Positions 42,232-54,300 of a stretch of 64,000 nt of DNA are shown here, one piece after another. The notes beneath the pieces are model-generated. The model saw nothing but the letters and a program-made list of their open reading frames with translations. It did not search any database and was not told the origin of the DNA. Source of the stretch: Eledone cirrhosa (taxonomy: Eukaryota); assembly GCA_964016885.1 (NCBI GenBank), contig OZ024765.1, positions 9,610,001-9,674,000 on the forward strand. Reading direction: 5' to 3'. A program made the translations under genes and the position numbers. The stretch's first letter is position 1. Each line of letters opens with the position of its first letter.

Positions 42232-42451
42232 TTTCTATTCTAAGGCGGGTAAAATTCCCGATGGATCCATGGACGAGTTCTCTCCAGCGGTCTCTGTCCC
42301 TCATTATCGCTGCCATGTCCTGCGTTTCCAACAGATCAGTGTCTGTCCTTAGGGCATCAACATACGTTAACCTTGGTCTTCCTCTTCTAGTGAGTCCATG
42401 TAGGGGCTCCCAAATTAGCATTTGTATATATATATATATTCATATTTATAT

Positions 42452-43857
42452 ATCATCATCATCATCATCATCAACGTTTAACGTCCGTGTTCCACGCTTG
42501 CATGGGTTTGGACGGGGGTAGTCCCACTTGAGGCAAGAGTGATTGTCTTGCTCGCATAGGACTGTCTGGCAGGTTTTCTACAGTTGGATGCCCTTCCTAA
42601 CACCAACCACATTTACAGTGTGGGTCTGGGAGGTTTTTACCGTGTTGCCTACACGGCCACATTACAGCGTGGACTGTGTGTTTTTTTGTCGTGACACCTA
42701 CACGATCTCATTTGTTTCGGCCTCGATGGCGCGGCACCAACATAACTTTACATAGAACGGGGTGGTGTGGATCGGGTGGGGGTGGTGGTGGTGGGACGGG
42801 GTGTATTTTGTTAGAGATGCCTACTGGCTGGAGTAGGTTTTACTATATATTTAGGTAAGGCGGGTCTTCTCTGTTACTGAGTACCGCCAAAGGTCTCGGT
42901 CCAGTGACATTGTCTTGGAGAGGTGTAAGTGTGTGATGTCGGAGTTTATCAGCTCGTCCCAGGTTTTTCTAGGTCTGCCTATTCCGTGACTACCGTCTAT
43001 CTTTATTGCCCTGCACTTTGTTATACAGCTATCGACTTTCATGCGCATCACGTGTCCATACCAACGTAGCCTTCTCTCGAGTAAACAACATCTGATCCCT
43101 CTTATCTCTAATTTTTTCCTTAGTTCGTTTATGCTTTGCCGTTCACGTATATTACTGTTACACATCCAGCGGAGCATGCAAGCTTCGTTCCTCTCTAGTC
43201 TGCATATATCCTCTGCACACAATGCCCAGGTCTCACTGCCATGCAGCATTGCTGTTCGTATGCAGGCATCGTACAACCTGCCTTTCATTTTTAGTGAGAA
43301 CCCTTTAGCAGCTAATAGTGGTATAAGCTCTCTGAACTTTTTCCAACCAGTTCTGACTCTAGCTACAGTACTTTCAGAGCACCCTCCCCCACTGCTGATT
43401 TTATCGCCCAGGTAACGGAAGCTGTCCACTATTTCTATAGAACCCTCTGCGCAATTGAAAGAGCTAGTAGTTTGTGGGCACTTGCTGCTACTTATTGCAC
43501 CAGAGCACCGGCCACATGTAAAATCTATGTTCTTAGTTAGCTTACCTGTGATCCCACTACATCTTTTATGCACCCATACTTTGCATTTAGGACATAAAAT
43601 GGAGTTTCTACCTACGCCTTTCCTACACACCGAGCACGACCATTTCCCAGAAGGGACCGCCGCCTTGTTTTCTTTCCTACAAACTAGTACTTTGGTCTTA
43701 GCCAGGTTAATTTTAAGTCCTTTTGACTCTAGGCCGTGCTTCCATGTTTGGAATTTCTTCTCTAGCTCGGCCATTGATTCCGCTATGAGTGTCAGGTCGT
43801 CTGCGTATAGGAGTTCCCATGGGCAGCCTGTCTTGAACTCCTCTGTTATAGCCTGAA
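42452..43857 (-). mobile_element. 5'-truncated RTE-clade LINE with intact frame in TMCO1 intron 3
   Basis: PWELLYADDL RT motif near 43800, a 307-aa ORF to 42851, then a roughly 400-bp 3' UTR and (GAT)n tail. Confidence 0.93.
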
Positions 43858-44047
43858 GGGCTATATATTCATATTTATATATATATATTTGTTCAATGAA
43901 AAAGAGTTAGTTGATTTAGAATCAGCTGACATATATATATACAGGGAGTTATAACGTGAAGTTACTGTAGGTTCACATCAGTGGCAAAGTGTAGAGCTAA
44001 ACAGAAAACATAATGAAGGCTTAACAAATTGTCCTTGTATTATTATT

Positions 44048-44079
<32 letters not shown>

Positions 44080-44434
44080 TTATATATAGTAATAATAAAT
44101 GAATATGAAGACCAAAATTCGAAGAGGGCTTGATAAGAATTGTATGTATATATATATATATATATAATAAAAAAAGTATATATAAACCTGTAGAGCAAAT
44201 ATTTATTATTAGTACAGATTAAAGTTTAGGCAAAGAATTGCTTAATAGGGTGAAAGCAGCAATTCTTTGCTTAAACTATAATCTACACTAATAATAAATG
44301 TGTGTGTAAATATATATATATATATAGTGTGTGTGTGTGTGTGTCTATATATTTCTTTCTATATATAATATTTATGTGCATGTGTATATATAGATATATA
44401 TATATATGTTTATATATTTATCTGTCTTTCCCAG

Positions 44435-44481
44435 AACGCCAAGAAGAAAAGTTAAAAAACAACAGTCGAGATTTGTCTTTG
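44435..44481 (+). CDS. TMCO1: TMCO1 exon 4 (ERQEEKLKNNSRDLSL)
   Basis: tttcccag acceptor, GTAAGT donor, 47 nt. Confidence 0.95.
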
Positions 44482-44661
44482 GTAAGTTTACTAAAATATT
44501 TTCTACATGCAAATTATTAATAGTTGCCTCTGCTGCTGTTTAGTCTTGCAGTTGAACCATGTTCTAGCCATAACTATACCATCCTTTTTTTTTTATTTTG
44601 CATGTACACAGTCACTTCCTCCAGACTAATGGAAAAAATTGTCATTTTTATGGCTCTAAGT

Positions 44662-45407
44662 CAGTAGTGCTGGTATCATAACAAAATGCACCCAATCTAT
44701 CGTGTAAAGTGGTAGTGCTGGTGTCATAACAAAATACACCCAATCTATCGTGTAAAGTGGTAGTGCTGGTGTCATCACAAAAGGCACCCAGTCCACCCTT
44801 TAAGGTAGTAGTAGTGCTAGTGTTACAACAAAGAGCACCCAATCTATCGTGTAAAGTGGTAGTGCTGGTGTCATCACAAAAGGCACCCAGTCCACCCTTA
44901 TAAGGTAGTAGTGCTAATGTTACAACAAAGAGCACCCAGTCTATCGTGTAAAGTGGTAGTGTTAGTGTCATGACAGAAGGCACCCAGTCCACCCTTTAAG
45001 GTAGTAGTAGTAGTGCTAGTGTTACAACAAAGAGCACCCAATCTATCATGTAAAGTGGTAGTGCTGGTGTCATCACAAAAGGCACCCAGTCCACCCTGTA
45101 AGGTAGTAGTGCTAGTGTTACAACAAAGAGCACCCAGTCTATCGTGTAAAGTGGTAGTGCTGGTGTCATCACAAAAGGCACCCAGTCCAGCCTTTAAGGT
45201 AGTAGTAGTGCTAGTGTTACAACAAAGAGCACCCAGTGTATCGTGTAAAGTGGTAGTGCTGGTGTCATCACAAAAGACACCCAGTCCACCCTTTAAGGTA
45301 GTAGTAGTGCTAGTGTTACAACAAAGAGCACCCGGTCTATCATGTAAAGTGGTAGTGCTGGTGTCATCACAAAAGGCACCCAGTCCACCCTGTAAGGTGG
45401 TAGTGCA
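44662..45407 (+). repeat. Alternating dimeric (about 96-102 bp) version of the 48-bp minisatellite
   Basis: Alternating CTATCGTGTAAAGTGG and CCACCCTTTAAGGTAG units. Confidence 0.9.
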
Positions 45408-45559
45408 AGTCTGATTTCTCTTAAGCCCAGTTTTCCTCACCTGATCCATACAAGAAAGTATTTTCTTCCCTGATAAAACATCCCTGTAGTGTACAAACTT
45501 ATCTAAATATCGAAGTACAATGTATGAATATTGATTGATTTATATTTGGTTTATTCCAG

Positions 45560-45627
45560 GTAAAAATGAAATCAATGTTTGCCATTGGTTTTGCCTTTAC
45601 AGCACTTTTAAGTATGTTTAATTCCAT
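45560..45627 (+). CDS. TMCO1: TMCO1 exon 5 (VKMKSMFAIGFAFTALLSMFNSI)
   Basis: ttattccag acceptor, GTGAGT donor, 68 nt. Confidence 0.96.
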
Positions 45628-45663
45628 GTGAGTATATTCAATTTCTCTTGTTTGGTCTCTCTA

Positions 45664-45694
<31 letters not shown>

Positions 45695-45710
45695 ATTTAT
45701 ATACATATAT

Positions 45711-46157
45711 CTAAGGCGGGTAAAATTTCCGAGATCCATGGAAGAGTTCTCTCCAGCGGCCTCTGTCCTTCATCTCCCTGTGACCACTGTCTGTCCTTAG
45801 GGCATCAATATATGTTATCCTCGGTCTCCCTCTTCTAGTGTGTCCGTGTAGGGGCTGCCACGGGAGCACTGAGTGCAGTGTCAACTCTGAATGTCGGTGA
45901 GCATGTCCAGCTAATCTCAGTCTCCTCTGTGTCACTCTCGAGCTGACTTTTGGGAGGCCCCCCGTACAGCTCTGAGTTCTTCATCCTCAGTGTATACTGA
46001 TTAATGTTCAGAGCCATCCTCAGCAGTCTCGTGTAGCAGACATCCACCATCTGAGTGTGTCTCTTGGTCAGTGTCTGAGTCTCAGACCCGTACAGCAGCA
46101 GACTCCACTGTAGCAACGAAGAGACAGATCTTCAGGTCTTTACGAAGGTCCGACCTC
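45711..46157 (-). mobile_element. Second RTE-like LINE family, 3' fragment (other copies about 42235-42420 minus and 48790-49312 plus)
   Basis: LLYGSETQTL...RRLRLAGHAHRH...RRGRPRITYIDAL. Confidence 0.8.
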
Positions 46158-46536
46158 ACATAAAACATGGTAAACTCCCCAGTGTTGGTGATTTACAAGA
46201 TAATAATTGTTTCTACTTTTGGCACAAGGCCACCAATTATCCCAGTGCATTACTGGTACTTTATTTTATCGACCCCGTAAGGATGAAAGGCGAAGCTAAC
46301 CTCGGCCAGATTTGAACTCAGACCGCAAAGGGACGTAACTCTATGTTGCAAAGCATGGCGTCCAACCCTCTACCGATACTGCCAATCCACCGCCTTCTAC
46401 ATGATAATAATAATAATAATATTAATTGTTTCTACATTTGGCACAAGGCCAGCAATTTGTTTTGTCCATTTTTAATTTAATTTTTTTTTTTTTTTTTTTG
46501 TTTTTTCCCTTCATCTCATCTGAAAATCTGATCCAG

Positions 46537-46681
46537 TTTTGATGGCCGAGTAGTTGCTAAGTTACCATTTACACCGATCTCCCTGATGCAGGGACTGTCA
46601 CATCGTAACCTTGCCGGAGATGACTACACCCATTGTTCATTCATCTTTCTGTATATACTCTGTACTATGTCTATACGTCAG
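46537..46681 (+). CDS. TMCO1: TMCO1 exon 6 (FDGRVVAKLPFTPISLMQGLSHRNLAGDDYTHCSFIFLYILCTMSIRQ)
   Basis: atccag acceptor, GTAAGA donor, 145 nt; strongly conserved TMCO1 motif. Confidence 0.97.
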
Positions 46682-47679
46682 GTAAGAACATATATACATA
46701 CATATATATATATATCTTTTCTACATTTCATTTCTTTACAAACTGTCTCCATTATATGTGAAGGCGCATGGCTTAGTGGTTAGAGCATTGGGCTTGCAAT
46801 CGAAAGGTTGTGAGTTCAATTCTCGGACTGAGTGATGTGTTGTTTCCTTGAGCAAGACACTTTATTTCACGTTGCTCCAGTTTACTCAGCTGTAGAAATG
46901 AGATGATAGGGACTGGTGTCCCTATCATTAAATCACCCAAGACACCTCCAACGAGATATACCTTGGAGGAGGCCAGCTAAACCTGCATAGGTGTGAGCTG
47001 TCACACACACATTATAGAGAAGCTGTCTTCATTTTTTCTTTCAGTTTGTGACAGCGACTCTCTCACTATGAGACATTTCACTGCGTTCTCCACGCTCTAC
47101 CTATGAAGATCATGTTTACAATTTTCAAATTTTTTTAAAATGCCAAATTAAACAAGGCCGACACTAGGCACATAAAAACAGCTTACCCTTCTCTGTTAAA
47201 GGAAGCACTTTATGGTTTGTCTCCCTGTTGACCAGTGGTCATTGGTCTCTGTCCTCTGAGGCAATTTTGCCCATCGCTGTATTTGACAGCACTTAGCTGT
47301 TCTTGAGATGAGTTTTCTCATTTTTATATGTATTCAATCGAATACACTCTCGCTTCATCTTGATCAGAGACCACATTGTTGTATATATCATCATCATCAT
47401 CGTCATCGTTTAATGTCCATCTTCCAAGCTAGCATGGGTTAGACGGGTTTGTCCCACTTGAGGCAAGATTGGTCAGGTGACCATGTCTCGCTCATACAGA
47501 ACTGTTTCTGGTAGGTTTTCTAAGGCCGGATGCCCTTCCTAACACCAACCACATTTACAGTGTGTACTGGGAGCCTTTTTACCTTGTCTCCTACACGACC
47601 ACTTTACAGTGTGGGCTGGATGTTTTGTGGTACCAACATAACATATATATATATATATCATGATAATGGTATCATCATC

Positions 47680-48420
47680 ATCGTTTTACGTCCGCTTTTC
47701 CCTGCTTGCTAGGGTAGGACAGGTCCTATTCAGCACAGCATCTCTCCATTCGTCATCTCCTCCGTAAGCTTCAGTGATCTGAGGTCTGTTCTCACCACCT
47801 CTGCCCATGTTTTTTGTGGTCTTCCTCTACTGGCATTTCTTGGCACTTCTTCACCCAGTGGTCATCCTCCATGCGCATCACTTGTCTATACCATCTCAGT
47901 CTTCTCTCCCACACACTACAACTTATCCTTCTTATACAGTTTCACTCTCAATTCGACCATGCTTGGTCGTTCACACACATTGACATTGCACATCCATCAG
48001 AGTATTCTTGCTTCATTTCTCTCCAGCCGTCACATATCCTCAGCAGTGGCTGCCCATGTCTCACTACCATGCAGCATCGCACATCTTACACAGGAATCAT
48101 ACAACCGGCCTTTCGTACGCAGGGAGAAACCCTTCTTTGTCAGCAGAGGAAGCAGCTCCCTAAACTTCTTCCAACCCGTTCTTATTCTAGATACTATGGC
48201 CTCAGAACCCCCCTCCTATGCTAATCTGATCATCTAGGTACCTGAAGCTATCAACCACTTCTATAGAACCTACCTGCATTTGAAAAATCTGTCTATCACT
48301 GCCACTTCTGTCAAATTTCCCTGTTCACGTCTACTGATACGTAGTTTTCCCTACCTGTTAGTTTGCCTGCTATCCCTCTACATCTCTTGTGTACCCAAGA
48401 TCTGCATTGTGTACATTTTA
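47680..48420 (-). mobile_element. Degenerate RTE LINE fragment
   Basis: Similar to the copies at 16400-17000 and 43000-43600 (GWKKFRELLPLL, MLHGSETW), with frameshifts. Confidence 0.8.
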
Positions 48421-48529
48421 TAGAATTTATATATATATATATCATGATGATGGTATTTATATATATATGTGTGTATATATATTTCATTTTATTGTTTTCC
48501 ATTCTAATTGTTGTTCTTGTTGTTTCCAG

Positions 48530-48622
48530 AACATCCAAAAATTGCTGGGTTTGGCCCCATCAAGGGTTGCTAATAAACAAGGAGTAGGGTTTTTCTCACC
48601 CCCGCCTCAATTTGTAAAATAA
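48530..48622 (+). CDS. TMCO1: TMCO1 exon 7, terminal (NIQKLLGLAPSRVANKQGVGFFSPPPQFVK*)
   Basis: tttccag acceptor, TAA stop; spliced CDS totals 552 nt = 183 aa + stop. Confidence 0.95.
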   Translation, partial: NIQKLLGLAPSRVANKQGVGFFSPPPQFVK

Positions 48623-48650
48623 CTTAAAATGAAATGAGATGAAATATGAA

Positions 48651-48670
48651 AATAAATACTTCGTAATAAA
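48651..48670 (+). terminator. Candidate TMCO1 polyadenylation signals
   Basis: AATAAA at 48651 and 48665, followed by a GT/T-rich tract around 48690-48720. Confidence 0.5.
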
Positions 48671-49364
48671 TGATAATCGAAATCTCATATTTGTAGTTTG
48701 TTGTAATTTTTTTTTTGTTATTTAACAGCCATTGTCCTTGATAGCAAGAGTTTGTTAGAAGGATGTATAAAAAGTTAGTTTGAAAGTAGCACAGAGGAGA
48801 CCGAGGTTAGTTGGATATACTCACTGACATTCAGAGTTGACACTGCATTCGGTGATCCTGCGGTAGCCCATACACAAAGATCTGTCTCTTCGTTGCCACA
48901 GTGGAGTCTGTGTTGCTGTACAGGTCTGGGACTCGGACACTGACCAAGAGACTCACTCAGATGGTGGATGGGTGTACATGGGAAAGCTGAGGATGGCTCT
49001 GAACATTCATCAATATACACTGAGGATGAAGAACTCAGAGCTGCACGAGAGCCTCCCAAAAGTCAGCTCGAGAGTGACACGGAAGAGACTGAGGTTAGCT
49101 GGACATGCTCACCGACATTCAGAGTTGACATTGCACTCAGTGACCCTATTGGAGCCCCTACACGGACACATTGGAAGAGGGAGACCGAGGATGAAACATA
49201 TTGATGCCCTGAGGACAGACACTGGTCACTGGGAGACGCAAGACATGGATGCGATGATGAAGGACAGAGACCGCTGGAGAGAACTCGTCCATGGACCTCG
49301 AGTATTTTACCTGATATGTATGAAAGAGAGAAAGAGTAGATAGACAAGGAGGATGAATGAGAAA

Positions 49365-49825
49365 GAGAGAGACAGAGGGTTGTGTGGGAGGGAGAGAGAG
49401 ACAGAGGGTTGTATGGGAGAGAGAAAGGCAGTGGAAGGTTGTATGGGAGAGAGAGACAGTGGAAGGTTGTATGGGAGAGAGAGAGAGAGACAGTGGAAGG
49501 TTGTATGGGAGGGAGAGAGAGAGACAGTGGAAGGTTGTATGGGAGAGAGAGTAGGAAGAGAGACAGTGGAAGGTTGTATGGGAGAGAGAGTAGGTAGAGA
49601 GACAGGGTTGTGTGGGAGAGAGAGAGAGAGGCAGTGGAAGGTTGTATGGGAGAGAGAGAGAGAGACAGTGGAAGGTTGTATGGGAGAGAGAGAGAGACAG
49701 TGGAAGGTTGTATGGGAGAGAGAGTAGGAAGAGAGACAGTGGAAGGTTGTATGGGAGAGAGAGTAGGTAGAGAGACAGGGTTGTGTGGGAGAGAGAGAGA
49801 GGCAGTGGAAGGTTGTATGGGAGAG
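49365..49825. repeat. Purine-rich minisatellite (GAGAGACAGTGGAAGGTTGTATGGGA)n
   Basis: Direct reading. Confidence 0.9.
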
Positions 49826-50340
49826 AAAAAGGAATGTTATATGGGTGAGAGGAGGCAGATAGAGAGACAGGGTTATGTGTGAGAGAAAGAGTAAGTAGAT
49901 AGAGAGATAGTACAATAGTGTGAGAGATGTTATGACCAAAATAAAACAGACCAGATCTTCCAGAACATTCTTTATTTCAATATAAAAATATATTTTTCCC
50001 AAAATATTACAACTGTTTGTTTTTGTTTGTTCAAGAAAGCAACATGGCATTGTGTAATGTGTATGGGGCGGGGTCTTTATATGTGTGTGTCAGTGTGTGA
50101 GTCTTTATGTGTGGGTGAGTGTATGAGTGTGTGCCTTTATATATGTGTGTACATGTTATATGTATGTCTTAACCCTTTAGCATTTAAACCTGCCATATCT
50201 GGCCAGAATTTTCTCACCTCACGGCCACAACCAGCCACTCATACTGATGTTAAGGTATTGTTCTCAAAATAAATAATATCAAAATCTCATAAATTCAATA
50301 TCATGTGAGGTAAAGCCTTTACCACTAAAACAAGGGTTAA

Positions 50341-50381
<41 letters not shown>

Positions 50382-51041
50382 AACATCTGTATATATGAGT
50401 TTTAATGTATATATGTTATCTACATCTCATAAGTGTGTTTATGTGTTTATATCTGTATGTATAATCCAGTCCAAATAAATGAGATAATGAGATCGAGATC
50501 GTGTAGGTGTCACGACAAAAAAAAACACACAGTCCACGCTGTAATGTGGCCGTGTAGGTAACACGGTAAAAAGTTCCCAGTTCCACACTGTAAATGTGGT
50601 TGGTGTTAGGAAGGGCATCCAGCCGTAGAAAACCTGCCAGACAGTCCTATATGAGCGAGACACGGTCACCCAACCAACCTTGCCTCAAGTGGGACAACTC
50701 CCGTCTAACCCATGCTAGCGTGGAAGATGGACGTTAAACGAAGATGATGAGTATTTGGATGAATATATTATCTATATGTCATAAGTGTGTATATCTGTAT
50801 GTGTGCTTGTGTGTGTCTGTATGTGTGTATAACTGTATATGTGAGTGTTTGTGTGTATATCTGTGTCTGAGTCTTTTTCTGTATATGTGTATGTATGTGT
50901 ATCTGAGCATATTAATGTCTCTATGTATGTGAGTGTATATCTGTGTATGTATGTATATATTAGTCTGTATTTATGTATACATCTGTATGCACAGGTTTAT
51001 ACTTGTGTATGTGTGCTTGTATGTTGAAGTTGTCTTTTTAA

Positions 51042-51259
51042 CCCTGTAGCATTTAAACCGGCCACATCCGGCCGGAATTCTCTCACCTCTTTCTGTTCAA
51101 ACCAGCCATAACCAGCAGCTCATACTGATGTTAAGGTATTGTTCTTAAAATAAATATCAAAATCTCGTAGATTCAATATTATGTGAGATAATTATGTAAG
51201 ATAAAGCCTTTACCACAAAAATACAATAGTAAATATAGAGTAATGTAAATGCTAAAGGG
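51042..51259. mobile_element. piggyBac-like MITE with TTAA target duplication (related copies about 2931-3158, 30030-30245, 50170-50340, 61672-61753)
   Basis: TTAA|CCCTGTAGCATTTA...TAAATGCTAAAGGG|TTAA. Confidence 0.75.
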
Positions 51260-51393
51260 TTAAATATACAGTTCCATTTTTTCCATGTGGAAGAGTCCAT
51301 TTCTTTAGTGGAGGGGAGTCACCTTTTCTACAGAAGTAATTTTTTTTTTCTTTTTAACAAGGTGTTTATACTTAGTATGGGACCCAATCTTTT

Positions 51394-54300
51394 CTATAAA
51401 TAAGGGGCCCATCCTATGTACATCTGGCAAAGGAGTTTCTCATTTGTGGCTTCATGAATCAGGTAGTTCACTTGACCCTCAACTGACAAGGGCAAGCCTC
51501 TGGGTTTGGTTTTCGATGCATGGATTCCTCGCATGCGATGTTCAATCATCTGTACGTGGGTCATTGCTTGCTCGTTGGTGATCTCACCAGAACTGACCTG
51601 GTGTGAGCGCTGTCCCCGGGTCAGTTTCTGCCATTCGACGAGAGGGTCATAGATAAATGGCTTCAACACACTCATCAGAGGGTCCATCTGATTGCGTAAC
51701 ACTTTAAGGGTCACTTCGCAGGCCTGTCGGAAAATGCCTTCGTAACCCATGGGTCCCATAGCTTTGACCATATTGTTGGTCAGTCGGAATGGCACACGCT
51801 CGGGCCACTCAAACGTCTCACCTTTGTTAAAGAGGCAGTTAAAATCAACGTGGACGCAGTCGCCTGTGGTGGAGTCCATCAGAATATTTTCTCCGTGTCG
51901 ATCACCAAGTCCAAGGATGTATCCAACCATATCCATGACGGCGGAGGTCCGAGCATAAGCAAGCCTGCCGTTATACCAAGCTGTCGGGTCAGGAAACGTG
52001 CGAAGGAACCACTCATAGAAGACACAGGGGTGCAGCCCAAGAAGCAAGTTGAACAGGTCCAACTTCCTTTCCAGCGGCGCCTGAAGAGCTGGGATGTGGT
52101 TCTTCAACTCCCTATTACTAATCTGTAGCCCCTTCTCACGGTACAACTTGCGCAGTATGTACTGCAACCCACTCGTGTTGGTCACCCACTCGATGATGCC
52201 ACATTCTTCATTCAAAGGTATCACGGTGTATGTACGGATGTGGAGCTGACGTTTCCTCGCCTCCGGGTCTTTGCGCAGGAATTTATTAACAATCGTTGTG
52301 AACTCCATCAAACGACAGTCCTTCCTGAGGTCATCTTTCGGTTTACACATCATCACGTACAGGTGACCGTCACTGCCCTTTATCGTGATCTTTTTCGGTT
52401 TCTGCAATGATGGTAAGATCTCAATTGTGTCCTCGAAGCTACTAATGTACACGGTGTCCCCTGGGAAAGGGTCGTGGTCTACTTTGTTGTCGGTCTGTGT
52501 CATCGGTAGCGTGACTGTCATCGATGACTGTAAGGGGACGATGATGTTACTGAAATTTGGATCATCGAGAAGACGTTTCAGAGATTTGAAGTGTTGAGAG
52601 AGACTGAGGGGTTGTGTATCTGGACAATGTCGTTCGGACAGTTCCAACAGACGCTCTGTGAGTTTATTGGCATCAAGTAAGAACTTGCCAAGCTCTTCCT
52701 TCATAAGTTTCGCTTGGTTAAATATCTCCTGGCACCTCTTCACACGTTTCGGATATGATGATTTTGAGACAGCCATCAGCATCCAGACGGCCTGAGCTGG
52801 GAATGTGTATAACAGCTTTGCAATTATTTTCACAAGGTGGCGAAAAACATCCGAGTTTGCGTGACAGATTCGAGAGATGAGCTGTGAAAAAGCTGTGAAG
52901 AGTTGGTACGGTGCCAATTTGCGACTTATCTGCTCTATAACTTTATTCAAGTTCTGTAAAATGGTTTTCTGTGACTGTAGCTTCTGAAGATAAACTGTTT
53001 GGTTGGATGTCAATGATGTCTGCTCTCGTAGCTCCGACTGTACGACAATTGAGCCGTAATCTAACCACAGACTAAGAAGCCTCGGCAGAGACTGGTAGAT
53101 GTATTGGTTACCGTACTGTAGCGATGTACCGTAGTTTTTTACAACAAATATGTTAAACTCGCCCTGCTTCACCGAGTTTTCGTTGTCATCTATTAAACTG
53201 CTCTTCATCTTGTCGTAGTATTTAGCGAGGTAGAAGTAACCGTCTTCCCATGCTGAGCAAGAGTCTGTGACTTCGCGGTACTGCTTCAGTACAGTGTTGC
53301 TGTCGGTGTTGGCCGTCTCGTCACAGTAGTGGGTGTATAGAAGTTGAGCCTGGGCATACGTAAACAGCTTCTTTTTCGCATCCTTCGACATATCTTTCTT
53401 CAATTGGGCCAAGTTGGGGAAATGCACAGCCATGCCTTTCTCGAGGCAAGAGAGGGCCTGGTCATTCTGGCCCTTTTCCCAGAACCATTTCGCTTTCTCT
53501 AGACAGTACTCGGGCAGATTTGAAGAAGCCGCTTGAATGAGCGAGCCGTAGGCTGTCTGGAGGTAACCAGCTTCACGTGCTGCCGTCGCTGTGTCGAGAA
53601 GCCATTTTCCAATCTGCTCGGTGCAATTGGAACAGTTTGCCAGCGTGATAAGGGTGCGTCTCAGTGTCAGCACGGGCTCCTTGATGCGAAACGGGGACTG
53701 CATCAGTTTCAAGCGTGCGTCCCACTGTGACAGGAGTTCATCGAGACTCATGGAATCGGCCAGGTGCTGCTGGTTGCTATGGTTCCAGCCGAACTGATGG
53801 CCCGCCTGCGAGTCAAATATAATCTTTTTGGCCTGTTCAATCTCATTGAGCATGTGCAGTCGGACTATGTATTCATAGCCACGAAGGTAGGAGCAGCTCT
53901 CCATACTAGCAGCTGACAGTGGACCCATTAATTCTATACGTGCACTGTTCAAGAGCTTCTGATAGCTTTCTTCCCGTTGGTCCTTAATGGCTAAAAGGAT
54001 TTTCCCCAAATTCACAACCCAGGCATTGTTTTCTTTCTCCAGCTTAACATAGGATTCCAGTTTGCTCCAGTCCCCTAGTTTAGAGGTGGCCTCAATGCGG
54101 TAAGTGTTTAGCTGTGTGCTCCACGAAGGGTGATTAGCAATAATTCCATCGGCATGGAGGAGGGCCTTATTCAGCTGTCCCAGTTCCATCAAACTACGTA
54201 ACCATCCATGATGATGCGAGATTTCTTCCGGTTCCAACTGGACAGCCCTTTCGTAACAGGCCTCTGCGTCTTGATACTGCCCGATGCTTTGATGCGCCAG

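Noticed and set aside
49307-50050. 247-aa ORF
   Set aside because: Translation of a purine/pyrimidine minisatellite.
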